A DNA stretch of 64,000 bases from Candidatus Hadarchaeota archaeon (GTDB lineage: Archaea > CAYQAE01 > CAYVLA01): NCBI GenBank assembly GCA_964621445.1, contig CAZUNO010000005.1, positions 57,338 to 121,337 of the forward strand. Direction: 5' to 3'. Positions within the stretch are counted from its first letter, which is position 1. Each line of letters starts with the position of its first letter. The notes below the pieces were generated by a model that was not told the origin of the DNA, ran no database searches, and saw nothing but the letters and a program-made list of their open reading frames with translations. Both the position numbers and the translations under genes were made by a program. Positions 10,100 through 18,399 of this stretch are shown here, one piece after another.

Positions 10100-11895
10100 C
10101 TGGATCCATCTTGTTGGCCGTAATAACTGGGATGGGCAGCGGAGGCTCTGGCGAAGGCCCCCAGGAGGTCTCACTCAGCATTCGAGATCAAGGTCAAAGG
10201 TCGACTCCCTTCTTCATAACCGGGGAGAATTCAACCACCTCCCTCGTCGCAACCGCCTTATTTACCATCCCCTCGGGTTCCATGATGCCCTACTCCGGGG
10301 GCGATTTCATCTGGATTACGCCTGGAGGAAGGGAGATAGCGAGAACCTGGAGGAAGTTCCAGTATCTAGGGTCCAATACCTTTAGGGCCGTGGCCGAGAT
10401 CGAGGCCAACCTGACCACCTTTCCACCAAACCTCCAACCCTACGCCTTGACCGTGGCCGCCGGTGATTGGGAGGTATCGGAGCATTTCCACATATGCGGG
10501 GACTCCTCAACCCTAATGGATGAGGATTTCTCGTCCAGCCAGGTAGGCTCCCTGCCCTCGGGGTGGCAAATAGAGGAGCCCGGGTATTCCCCCAACGCCC
10601 AGTGGGTGAAGGAACTGACCTTTGAAGGAAGAAACAAGGTTCTCAGGATGACCAGCTATATTGACCGGCCCGCGGTACTCAACCGTTCATTGAACATCTC
10701 CTGCAGCCACCTCTCCTTCTCATTCAGAGCCAGGCTGGAGGAGGAAACCAGATCTAACGATGACAGGGTAACCGCCATGTGTATCGAACTTGTAGGTCAG
10801 GACCCATTCCAGCTACTATGCCTGGGTAGGAGCGACAAGCGGGAGGATCTGCATTTCGGAATACCGTACGAACAGGGGGAATGGATCCGATTCACCGTTT
10901 ATCTAGATCTCGACCCCGCGGTATCGAGCTATTCCGTATACATGAACGATCAACGCCTGGGCAGCAGGTCCCTTCCCGGACTCCGACCAGAGGACATAAC
11001 TGCCCTCCGTTTCTCCCTGGGGTCAGGTGCCCACTACGTGGGCCAGTTCGACGATATCCGGGTGGACCAAATTCAGCTAGACGCCGGAGATCGCAGCCAG
11101 CCAGCCCGGTTATACCTTAATGTGGGAACAAGGTACGGCCAGTGGTTCGATCCCAGTAGCATGGTGGTAAACTGCACCGTGGACGTTACACCCTGTAAGA
11201 AAACCAATCCCTACCTCCAGGTAGATGGCTTCAGGATTGAGCTCTGGAACTCGACGACGAGGATTGGCACCCTGAATACCATGAGCTGGAACGACACCTC
11301 CACCTGCAAATCGCCATGCCAGGTCATCTCCCACCCCAAGAGCCTAACAATTGACCCCCACCTCATCGACCGCTTTAACTACTCCGATTTCTCGGGAGAT
11401 TACATCCTAAGATGCCTCCCTGCTGACCCCTCATTGTCCCTGCTCAACCAAAGTCTACCCTTCCATATCGATGACCCCATGCAAATCCATTTCTCCCGTT
11501 GGCCGGGTGGACCGCCAGTTAGCCCTGCCGTCTTCCCCAAACCGGCCAACGTCTCGGTAAACGTCGAACTCGACCCCCAGGGGAGGTCGGGCAATGGAAC
11601 CCATACTTTTGGTGATAAGAGCTGCCATATGTCATGGATTCACCCCGATGGGACCATAGCAGAAAACCAGACCCATTACATGAGCACTGACCTGGCCTAT
11701 CCCTCGGAACGGGCCTGGGTTTTTGGCACATTGAAGGTTAGAAGGGACTTTCCAACAGGGCTCTATTCCTGTCTCGTCTCGGTGAAATGCGACTCGGGGT
11801 ATGAAATCGTGGAGAGAAGGGAATTCAGAGTGGCCCAATCAATGATACACCTAATCCCCTGCCTGGTCCTGTTATCGGCGCTGGGAAAAAGATAG
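10051..11895 (+). CDS. Secreted/membrane-anchored protein with a concanavalin A/LamG-like beta-sandwich and Ig-like domains
   Basis: N-terminal hydrophobic signal; EDFSS...GxLPSGW...W..F.VYLD...Y.VY.N...FDDIRV pattern typical of LamG-like domains; C-terminal hydrophobic helix + KR. Confidence 0.65.
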   Translation: MDRKQSTHLRSALLLLTGSILLAVITGMGSGGSGEGPQEVSLSIRDQGQRSTPFFITGENSTTSLVATALFTIPSGSMMPYSGGDFIWITPGGREIARTWRKFQYLGSNTFRAVAEIEANLTTFPPNLQPYALTVAAGDWEVSEHFHICGDSSTLMDEDFSSSQVGSLPSGWQIEEPGYSPNAQWVKELTFEGRNKVLRMTSYIDRPAVLNRSLNISCSHLSFSFRARLEEETRSNDDRVTAMCIELVGQDPFQLLCLGRSDKREDLHFGIPYEQGEWIRFTVYLDLDPAVSSYSVYMNDQRLGSRSLPGLRPEDITALRFSLGSGAHYVGQFDDIRVDQIQLDAGDRSQPARLYLNVGTRYGQWFDPSSMVVNCTVDVTPCKKTNPYLQVDGFRIELWNSTTRIGTLNTMSWNDTSTCKSPCQVISHPKSLTIDPHLIDRFNYSDFSGDYILRCLPADPSLSLLNQSLPFHIDDPMQIHFSRWPGGPPVSPAVFPKPANVSVNVELDPQGRSGNGTHTFGDKSCHMSWIHPDGTIAENQTHYMSTDLAYPSERAWVFGTLKVRRDFPTGLYSCLVSVKCDSGYEIVERREFRVAQSMIHLIPCLVLLSALGKR

Positions 11896-11920
11896 ATTAG
11901 CGTACTGACTAATTATCTCC

Positions 11921-12829
11921 ATGAACCGCCCACATCACCGACCAAGACAGCGTTGCTGGTCCTGTATCACCGATATCGCAATGGAGGCCCTAAACAGGGC
12001 CACAGATGATGAGGAGACCAGATTTGACGTAATGAAGGAGATAACCGGAATCATGGCTTCCGGGTTGGACAGGGAAACCAATCTCCCCGTTCTGAGCACC
12101 GAGATCTTCAGGCTGATATCTAAACGCACGAAAAACCCCGACCCCTTCAAGGTAGAGAAGCAGGAGTGTAATAGAACCGCCAAGCCCATAGCGGATAGGG
12201 TCTCCCGGGAGATCATGGACATAAAGGATCCCCGGGAGAGACTTGAACGGGCATCACTGGCATCCATTGCCGGCAATACCATGGATTTCGGAACCAGCGG
12301 GCACACATTTGACCTGTCCTCTTTCGAGGAAGACTACCAGAAAACCCTGGATGAGGGACTGGCCATTAACGATTCCAGGCCCCTGGCTCGGAGGTTACCC
12401 GAAATGGGTTCCGTAATCTATCTTGCAGACAATGCGGGAGAGATAGCCTTTGATAGGATACTGGTCCGGGTGATATCCGACCTTGGCCCCCGGTTAACCG
12501 TAGCCGTCAAGGGTGGACCGATATCCAACGATGCCACCATGGAGGACGCTAATTTCGTGGGCATGGACCAGGTCAGCAAGGTAATCACCACCGGAACCGA
12601 TCACCTGGGAGTTAACTTCGAGGAATCCCCCCCTTCTTTCCTCGAGGCCTTCCGCTCATCGGACCTGGTGATCAGCAAGGGCCAGAGCAACTTCGAGACC
12701 CTTTCCTTTAACCTGGAAAAAATCAGCAACCCAATCGCATTCATATTAAAGACCAAGTGCGCTCCCATAGCAAGGTCCCTAGGGGTAAATCTGGGGGACA
12801 ACGTACTAGGACTAGTCGAACCCGAGTAG
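11921..12829 (+). CDS. DUF89/ARMT1-like damage-control metal-dependent phosphatase
   Basis: N-terminal CxxC, DPFK.EK..N, AGNTMDFG, DNAGE..FD, PISNDAT and KGQSNFE motifs. Confidence 0.9.
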   Translation: MNRPHHRPRQRCWSCITDIAMEALNRATDDEETRFDVMKEITGIMASGLDRETNLPVLSTEIFRLISKRTKNPDPFKVEKQECNRTAKPIADRVSREIMDIKDPRERLERASLASIAGNTMDFGTSGHTFDLSSFEEDYQKTLDEGLAINDSRPLARRLPEMGSVIYLADNAGEIAFDRILVRVISDLGPRLTVAVKGGPISNDATMEDANFVGMDQVSKVITTGTDHLGVNFEESPPSFLEAFRSSDLVISKGQSNFETLSFNLEKISNPIAFILKTKCAPIARSLGVNLGDNVLGLVEPE

Positions 12830-12847
12830 ATATGGGAAACGGTGCAG

Positions 12848-13690
12848 CTATTGCTGCTCCTCTTTCATATGTCTCAGGAGCTTGATATAGATCTCCCCCA
12901 CCTTTTCACCGGTTCCCGTGAGCTCGTACTTGTTCTCACCAGGAACCGGAACGATGAGGTACTTCCTAACTAGGCTCTGTATTATGTGTCCGAAATACCT
13001 GATCTTCCTACCAATGCCCTCCTCAATCTCGCTTCGGGACAGAGGCTCCTCGGTCTCCGTTATATAGGCTAATACCTCTCTCTTCAGGAAGGTCCTGCCC
13101 CCGTATTCAAGCTTCGGTGATATGAGTTCTATTGACCAGCTGTTCTGGCTCTGGCCCAGGGTAAAACGGCTGGATACCTTTATCCTAGTCGACGATACCT
13201 GTACATCGACGTTTTCGTACTCATAGCCGTATACCGTGTCAATCATTTCCTCAACCGAATTGGTCAGCTCGGCCAGTTCCAGGGCATCGGCTTCCCCGGT
13301 CCGGCTAGCCTCCACCAGGAGATTTCTTAGCTTCTTCACGTAGGAGGAGGGATACTTCGGGAAATGGTTCTTCCTTATCCCCGCTTCCACGGTTGACAGT
13401 ATCTCCTCTACATCGTCCTTGATATCCTCGTAACCCCGCTTGGTAAGCCGGTTCTTGAGGATGGTGAGGAGCCTGTAGTAATCTGGCCTGTAGTAGGAAG
13501 GACGATAGACCTTCATCCTAGATCTCATCTTCTCTATATCCTTCTTGAATTCGGCCTTCTCCTGCTTGTTCAGGTGTTTAACCTTCTCCAGGACCTCCTT
13601 CTGCATCTTGAGGTAGGACTCGCTTCCAGGAGGTGTCCTTTGTAGCTGCTTGAGAAGGGATTCTATTTCTCCCTTCTGCCCGGTCATCAT
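12848..13690 (-). CDS. Hypothetical protein, helical N-terminus with C-terminal winged helix-turn-helix
   Basis: 280-aa ORF; C-terminal EVLAYI...PLSRSEIEEGIG....GHIIQSLVRKYLI....NKYELTGTG is a wHTH pattern. Confidence 0.65.
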   Translation of the reverse strand: MMTGQKGEIESLLKQLQRTPPGSESYLKMQKEVLEKVKHLNKQEKAEFKKDIEKMRSRMKVYRPSYYRPDYYRLLTILKNRLTKRGYEDIKDDVEEILSTVEAGIRKNHFPKYPSSYVKKLRNLLVEASRTGEADALELAELTNSVEEMIDTVYGYEYENVDVQVSSTRIKVSSRFTLGQSQNSWSIELISPKLEYGGRTFLKREVLAYITETEEPLSRSEIEEGIGRKIRYFGHIIQSLVRKYLIVPVPGENKYELTGTGEKVGEIYIKLLRHMKEEQQ

Positions 13691-13762
13691 CGAAACAATA
13701 CCTCACACCACTATATTAATCTAAGACTGAAAAATCATATCACGTCGAAAGGTGTCAGACAT

Positions 13763-14344
13763 ATCAAAACAATTTCGTACCGTGACGTCCAATTCAAGGT
13801 CTTTCACGACGTGTATGAGCCCGCGGAAGACAGTTACATGCTTTTGGAGTCGGCCCTGGAGCTGGATCCCGCAAGAACCCTGGACCTGGGAACGGGATGT
13901 GGTCTAACCGCGATAATGATTTCCAAATCCGGATGCATGTTCGTGGTTGCCACCGACGTTTCCCCACAAGCCCTCGGATGTGCCCGGGAGAACGCGAATG
14001 GATTGGGGTCCGGGATCAACCTGGTCAGGGCCGACCTGTTTTCAGGCATCAAGGGCAGGTTCGACCTGGTGACCTTCAACCCTCCCTACCTGCCGGTTGA
14101 ACCCGGTGGTATGGAGCACCCTAGCTGGGCTGGAGGCCCTGAGGGTAGGTATTTCATAGACCGGTTCATCAGGGGATTAGAATCCCACCTATCAGAGGAT
14201 GGACGTGGATTGATGGTCCATTCCTCTCTGAACGATCTCCCGAAGACCCGTCGAATGGCCTCCAAAGAGGGACTCAAAATCAGGACCGTGGCCAGCGAGA
14301 GCTTCTTCTTCGAAACCCTCCGGGTCCTCGAGCTATCGAGGTGA
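13763..14344 (+). CDS. HemK2/MTQ2-family SAM-dependent protein-glutamine methyltransferase (probable non-canonical ATC start)
   Basis: VYEPAEDS, LDLGTGCG, FNPPY and WAGG..GR motifs. The frame extends upstream of the GTG at 13811 as IKTISYRDVQFKVFHD; GGTG at 13751-13754 precedes ATC at 13763. Confidence 0.85.
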   Translation: MKTISYRDVQFKVFHDVYEPAEDSYMLLESALELDPARTLDLGTGCGLTAIMISKSGCMFVVATDVSPQALGCARENANGLGSGINLVRADLFSGIKGRFDLVTFNPPYLPVEPGGMEHPSWAGGPEGRYFIDRFIRGLESHLSEDGRGLMVHSSLNDLPKTRRMASKEGLKIRTVASESFFFETLRVLELSR

Positions 14345-14361
14345 CATGCTCCCCGGCCACG

Positions 14362-15795
14362 CTATAATCCCACCTGGTATCTCCTATCCATTTCGGACCT
14401 GAATTCCCGGTACCTCTCCTGGTAATCATCAACCAGGTGATCTGGTTCCACATTTACATCGATCCTGATCATCTCTCCGGCCATCTCACCTACTCCCACA
14501 CCCAGAACCGAGGATGCGGCCAGGATGGCCGACCCCATGGCGGCCTCCGGCACCCGGGGCTTTAACAGGGACTTGTCCAGTACATTGGCCCTTATCCTGA
14601 GCCAGATCTCGCTCCTGGAACCACCTCCGGCGGTGAAGATCCTATCCCCAACCTGGGCCCCAAGCCCGGAAAGCAGGTCGTAGGCCATTCTCTCCACGTA
14701 GGCCACGCCCTCCAGCTGAGAGGCATAGAGCTCGATCCTATCACCGGGTTTCCCCTCTAGGAATCCCTTGGCCTCGGGGTCCACAAAGGGGAACCTCTCA
14801 CCGGTTCTCACCAGTGGATAATTCAGGAAATCGGTGGGAATGACCCCGGCAGCCGCGGCATCCAGGCTTTCAAGATCCTGGTTCGGGAAGTTTACGGATA
14901 TGCATTCACCCCCAGTGCTACTGGCACCACCCGGCATCCAGCATCCCTCGGGGTGCAGATGGCTGTATATGCGCCCTTTAGGGTCCTTTAGCAGCTTCTC
15001 GGTAACCCCCTTGATCACCAGCGTGGTGCCCAGGGTGGTCTCCCAATCACCTGGGGAGGCCGCTCCCGATGCAATCTGGGAAGCACAGCCGTCCGTAAGG
15101 CCAGCCATCACCGGGGTCCCTACCGGGATTCCGGTTTGCCTATGAGCAGTTCTGCACAGGCTTCCCACCTCCTCTCCAGGGGGTACCACCTGGGGCATCT
15201 TTTCCACCGGTATCCCAACTTCCTCCAGGAAATCCGGCCACCTATACTCCAATAAATCGAAACCGCTCTTCAGAGCGTTACTGTGGTCCGTGAAGGTCCA
15301 GCTTCCGGTCAGCATTCCCACCACGTAGTCCGCGGCATGAACGAACATGTGGGCTGACTCGAAGACCTTTCTTCTATTGTTCCTCAGCCAGAGGATCTTG
15401 GCGATCGAGAAAGAGGGCCGTATGCTGTATCCGAGCTTATCCTCCTGCTCCCGGGCCTGCCTGGAGATCCTCTCAGCCTCCTCGGTTGCCCTTCCATCGT
15501 TATACATCATGGCATTGGTGAGGGGCTTACCCTTGGAATCTATCGGGAACACCGTTCCCGAGGTGGAGTCGACTGAAACCCCCTCGATGTCCTCCCCATC
15601 CCGAGCCACCGATCCAATGGCCTTTTTGATGCATGGCCACCAACTTTCCACCACCTGTTCCGAACGGCCCTCGGCCAGACCCACCAGGTGGCCCTCGAGC
15701 TTCCGGTATTTCGAATTCACAACCGTTCCATCCGGCCTGGCTGCGATAACCCTACATCCCTGTGTACCCAGGTCTATTCCCAGGAATACGCTCAT
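14362..15795 (-). CDS. FGGY-family carbohydrate kinase (xylulokinase-like)
   Basis: LGIDLGTQG, DSTSGT, MYNDGRA, GLTDG, TLGTT, GERFPF, EGVAY, GGGSRS..W....A motifs. Confidence 0.9.
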   Translation of the reverse strand: MSVFLGIDLGTQGCRVIAARPDGTVVNSKYRKLEGHLVGLAEGRSEQVVESWWPCIKKAIGSVARDGEDIEGVSVDSTSGTVFPIDSKGKPLTNAMMYNDGRATEEAERISRQAREQEDKLGYSIRPSFSIAKILWLRNNRRKVFESAHMFVHAADYVVGMLTGSWTFTDHSNALKSGFDLLEYRWPDFLEEVGIPVEKMPQVVPPGEEVGSLCRTAHRQTGIPVGTPVMAGLTDGCASQIASGAASPGDWETTLGTTLVIKGVTEKLLKDPKGRIYSHLHPEGCWMPGGASSTGGECISVNFPNQDLESLDAAAAGVIPTDFLNYPLVRTGERFPFVDPEAKGFLEGKPGDRIELYASQLEGVAYVERMAYDLLSGLGAQVGDRIFTAGGGSRSEIWLRIRANVLDKSLLKPRVPEAAMGSAILAASSVLGVGVGEMAGEMIRIDVNVEPDHLVDDYQERYREFRSEMDRRYQVGL

Positions 15796-15817
15796 CGAGG
15801 GGCACTAGGCCCTTGGG

Positions 15818-15851
15818 TATTTACCTTTTTGCCCGACAAAAAAGGATTAAA
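15818..15851. promoter_or_regulatory. Symmetric back-to-back BRE/TATA promoters for the FGGY kinase (-) and gfcR-pgk (+)
   Basis: CAAAAAAGG-ATTAAA on + and CAAAAAGG-TAAATA on -, each TATA-like box ending ~23 nt before its ATG. Confidence 0.55.
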
Positions 15852-15873
15852 GCACTGAAAACCAGGGATATAC

Positions 15874-16473
15874 ATGCCCGAAGCTTTGATGGACGAGCTC
15901 CAGAGGGAACTCCTGGAGATGAGGAAGAAGGGGATGGAGACCGGGGAGATCGCCCGGAAGCTCAATCTCTCAACGGATACGGTTATCTGGCTAATAACAC
16001 ACCTGGACACGGGAAAGACTGAGAGGAGACTGACCTCCGATATGTTGATTGACTGGGCGAATATAGGAACCAGCCCGGTCCGCGTCTCACTTTTGGGAAG
16101 GATGCTGGCCGACTTCGTTCAGGAGGAGCTATGCGCGGACGAAATTCATGGGGTTATCGGCTTGGCCGTAAATGGAATACCCCTGGCCCAGGAAGTCGCC
16201 CGTACGCTGGAAAAGCCCTGCGTGGTGGCGGAAACCTCCGATAAAGTGGATTTCTACTCCCCCTTCTTCGACATGAAGGGAAGGAAGGTAATAATCATAG
16301 CCCACGTCATCAATACCGGCCGAACACTGAGAAAGGTAGTCAGGGACCTGGAAAACATGGAGACCACGCCACTGGGAATATTCATCTTCGTTGACAAGCG
16401 GTCCTGGAAATCGAACAAGAAGGACATAGAGGGAATCAGAACCCATTCACTGGTTCAGGCGGTTAAGACTTGA
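15874..16473 (+). CDS. gfcR: GfcR/PyrE-like transcriptional regulator (HTH + phosphoribosyltransferase-like domain)
   Basis: KGMETGEIARKLNLSTDTVIWL HTH, D..IDW.NIG.S..R, GLAVNGIPLA; PRPP loop degenerate (IAHVINTG). Confidence 0.8.
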   Translation: MPEALMDELQRELLEMRKKGMETGEIARKLNLSTDTVIWLITHLDTGKTERRLTSDMLIDWANIGTSPVRVSLLGRMLADFVQEELCADEIHGVIGLAVNGIPLAQEVARTLEKPCVVAETSDKVDFYSPFFDMKGRKVIIIAHVINTGRTLRKVVRDLENMETTPLGIFIFVDKRSWKSNKKDIEGIRTHSLVQAVKT

Positions 16474-17699
16474 AACCCGAAGAAGGCCTGAGGACCATTG
16501 ATGACCTGGAATCCCGCGGCGGCAAGATCTTCGTCAGGATGGATATAAACCTGCCCCTGGACCCAAGGTCCTGGGAGGTTCTGGACGACACCCGGATCGT
16601 CAAATCCTTGCCAACCCTGGAGGAGCTTGTGGATTGCGCACTGGTGATCGGTAGCCACCAGTCGAGGCCCCTTAAATCCGACTTCTCCTCGATGAGCCAG
16701 CACGCGGAGATAATAGGCAGGGAGCTGGACAAGGAGGTCCAATATGTCCCCGATATCATCGGTCCCGCCGCCTTGAGGTCAATACGTGAACTGGAACCAG
16801 GACAGATTCTCATGCTTGACAACCTCCGCCTGTGTTCCGAGGAGAACCATAATGCGTCGCCCTCAGCCCTGCTAAACACCCATTTAGTGAGACGTCTATC
16901 ACCCCTGTTCGATCACTACGTCAACGACGCCTTCGCTGCCTCGCACAGATCCCAGCCCAGCCTGGTGGGTCTACCCCAGGTGATAGAGCCCTACGCCGGT
17001 AGGCTGATGACCGATGAGATAGGGTCCATAAGCCATATGTTGGACAGGATGGACGCTCCCAGAACGCTGTGCCTGGGAGGAGCCAAGCTGGAGACCAAAC
17101 TTGGGTTGCTCAGGGTCATGCTCGATAACCAGAACGTGGACAAGGTGCTGGTATCTGGACTTGCGGGAATAGCTTTCATGGCGGCGGCGGGATACAAGGT
17201 GGGAGCGGCAAATGCCGATACGGTTAGGAGCTGTCTACCTCTTGCCGAAAGCATCCTGGAAAAGCATGAGGATCGCCTTGTGCTGCCCGTTGACGTGGCG
17301 GTCGACGAGGATGGAGATCGGGTGGAGTGCGATCTAGAGGGTGTCGCCAACAGGGTCATACTGGACGTGGGGTCACGCACCACAAGGCTCTTCGCCGAAC
17401 ACCTAAAGGAGTCCAGGAGCATCTTCGCCAACGGGCCGGCAGGCTTCTTCGAGATGGAGAGATTCCGAAAGGGAACCGACTCCCTTTTACTGGCCATAGC
17501 CATGTCCCCGGCCCCCGTAAAGGTTCTGGGGGGAGGTCACCTGGGTTCCCTGGCAGGGGAACTGGGAATGTCGGATGGGGTACACATCTCCACCGGCGGT
17601 GGAATAATCCTCGCTCTGCTAGGTGGCGAGAAGCTGCCTGCAATAGAGATCCTTAGGGGAAACTGGCAGAGGAGGGAACTGGACACCCCGGGATTCTGA
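16470..17699 (+). CDS. pgk: Phosphoglycerate kinase (archaeal type)
   Basis: RMDINLP, SHQSRP, DNLRL, NDAFAASHRSQPS, LGGAK, NGPAG.FE, GGGH, STGGG; TTG start overlaps the gfcR stop. Confidence 0.95.
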   Translation: MKPEEGLRTIDDLESRGGKIFVRMDINLPLDPRSWEVLDDTRIVKSLPTLEELVDCALVIGSHQSRPLKSDFSSMSQHAEIIGRELDKEVQYVPDIIGPAALRSIRELEPGQILMLDNLRLCSEENHNASPSALLNTHLVRRLSPLFDHYVNDAFAASHRSQPSLVGLPQVIEPYAGRLMTDEIGSISHMLDRMDAPRTLCLGGAKLETKLGLLRVMLDNQNVDKVLVSGLAGIAFMAAAGYKVGAANADTVRSCLPLAESILEKHEDRLVLPVDVAVDEDGDRVECDLEGVANRVILDVGSRTTRLFAEHLKESRSIFANGPAGFFEMERFRKGTDSLLLAIAMSPAPVKVLGGGHLGSLAGELGMSDGVHISTGGGIILALLGGEKLPAIEILRGNWQRRELDTPGF

Positions 17700-17703
17700 A
17701 CCG

Positions 17704-17733
17704 AAAAAAGGGCGGACGGGGCTCCCGTCCGCC
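17704..17733 (-). terminator. Hairpin + U-tract terminator-like element between convergent genes
   Basis: Perfect 10-bp stem GGCGGACGGG/CCCGTCCGCC with 3-nt loop, followed on the - strand by T6. Confidence 0.6.
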
Positions 17734-17741
17734 AGGTCCAT

Positions 17742-18269
17742 CTACTGGGTTGTCTCATCCGATTCAAGGGACAGTACCGATATCTCGTTGCAGAGAGAAA
17801 GATTGGAGCTGACTACCTCCAGCGGGTCGCATATCTTGATATCTGCCACATGGGACACGGCGAGTAGCGATCCCTTCACCGGATAATCGGTCGAATTATC
17901 GTTCTCGTAAACCAGTATCCCCACCTTGTATATATTGTCGGTTGCCAGCTCGATCGTATCCAGCTGCATGGTGAAGAGCCGCTCCGAGCCGGAGTTGAGG
18001 GTTCCAGCCGACGTGGCTTCTTCCCCCAGGTAATCGATCGAGGATAGGGACCCGGGCTTGACGGCTATAAGATCCACCACAATGCTTTGTTGATGGTTAT
18101 CCCGGTTTCTTAAGGTGACGTTGACCTCGTCCAGCATTCCTCGGGCGAAAAGAGTTCCGTCAGTCTCAACATCGATGCTTATTCCTTCCCTTGAACAGAA
18201 AGAAAACGCCAGCAGCCCTGTTATCACTAACAGAGCTGCCATATACCTATTTTTCTTCAAAAAACGCAC
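17742..18269 (-). CDS. Hypothetical exported/membrane-anchored Ig-like protein
   Basis: Basic N-terminus + hydrophobic helix, beta-rich body with sequons; GAGGTG RBS suggests a slightly downstream TTG start. Confidence 0.6.
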   Translation of the reverse strand: MRFLKKNRYMAALLVITGLLAFSFCSREGISIDVETDGTLFARGMLDEVNVTLRNRDNHQQSIVVDLIAVKPGSLSSIDYLGEEATSAGTLNSGSERLFTMQLDTIELATDNIYKVGILVYENDNSTDYPVKGSLLAVSHVADIKICDPLEVVSSNLSLCNEISVLSLESDETTQ

Positions 18270-18399
18270 CTCATGACCCTATATTTTGAAAGAAGATATC
18301 TCCGTTTTACATAGGGATCCAGAAAGATATTTAAAAAGATTCCAGTAGCTCATCTGAGGCCTAACAAGGACCCCGTCTGCTTCTCTGGAGGGCCCCAAG

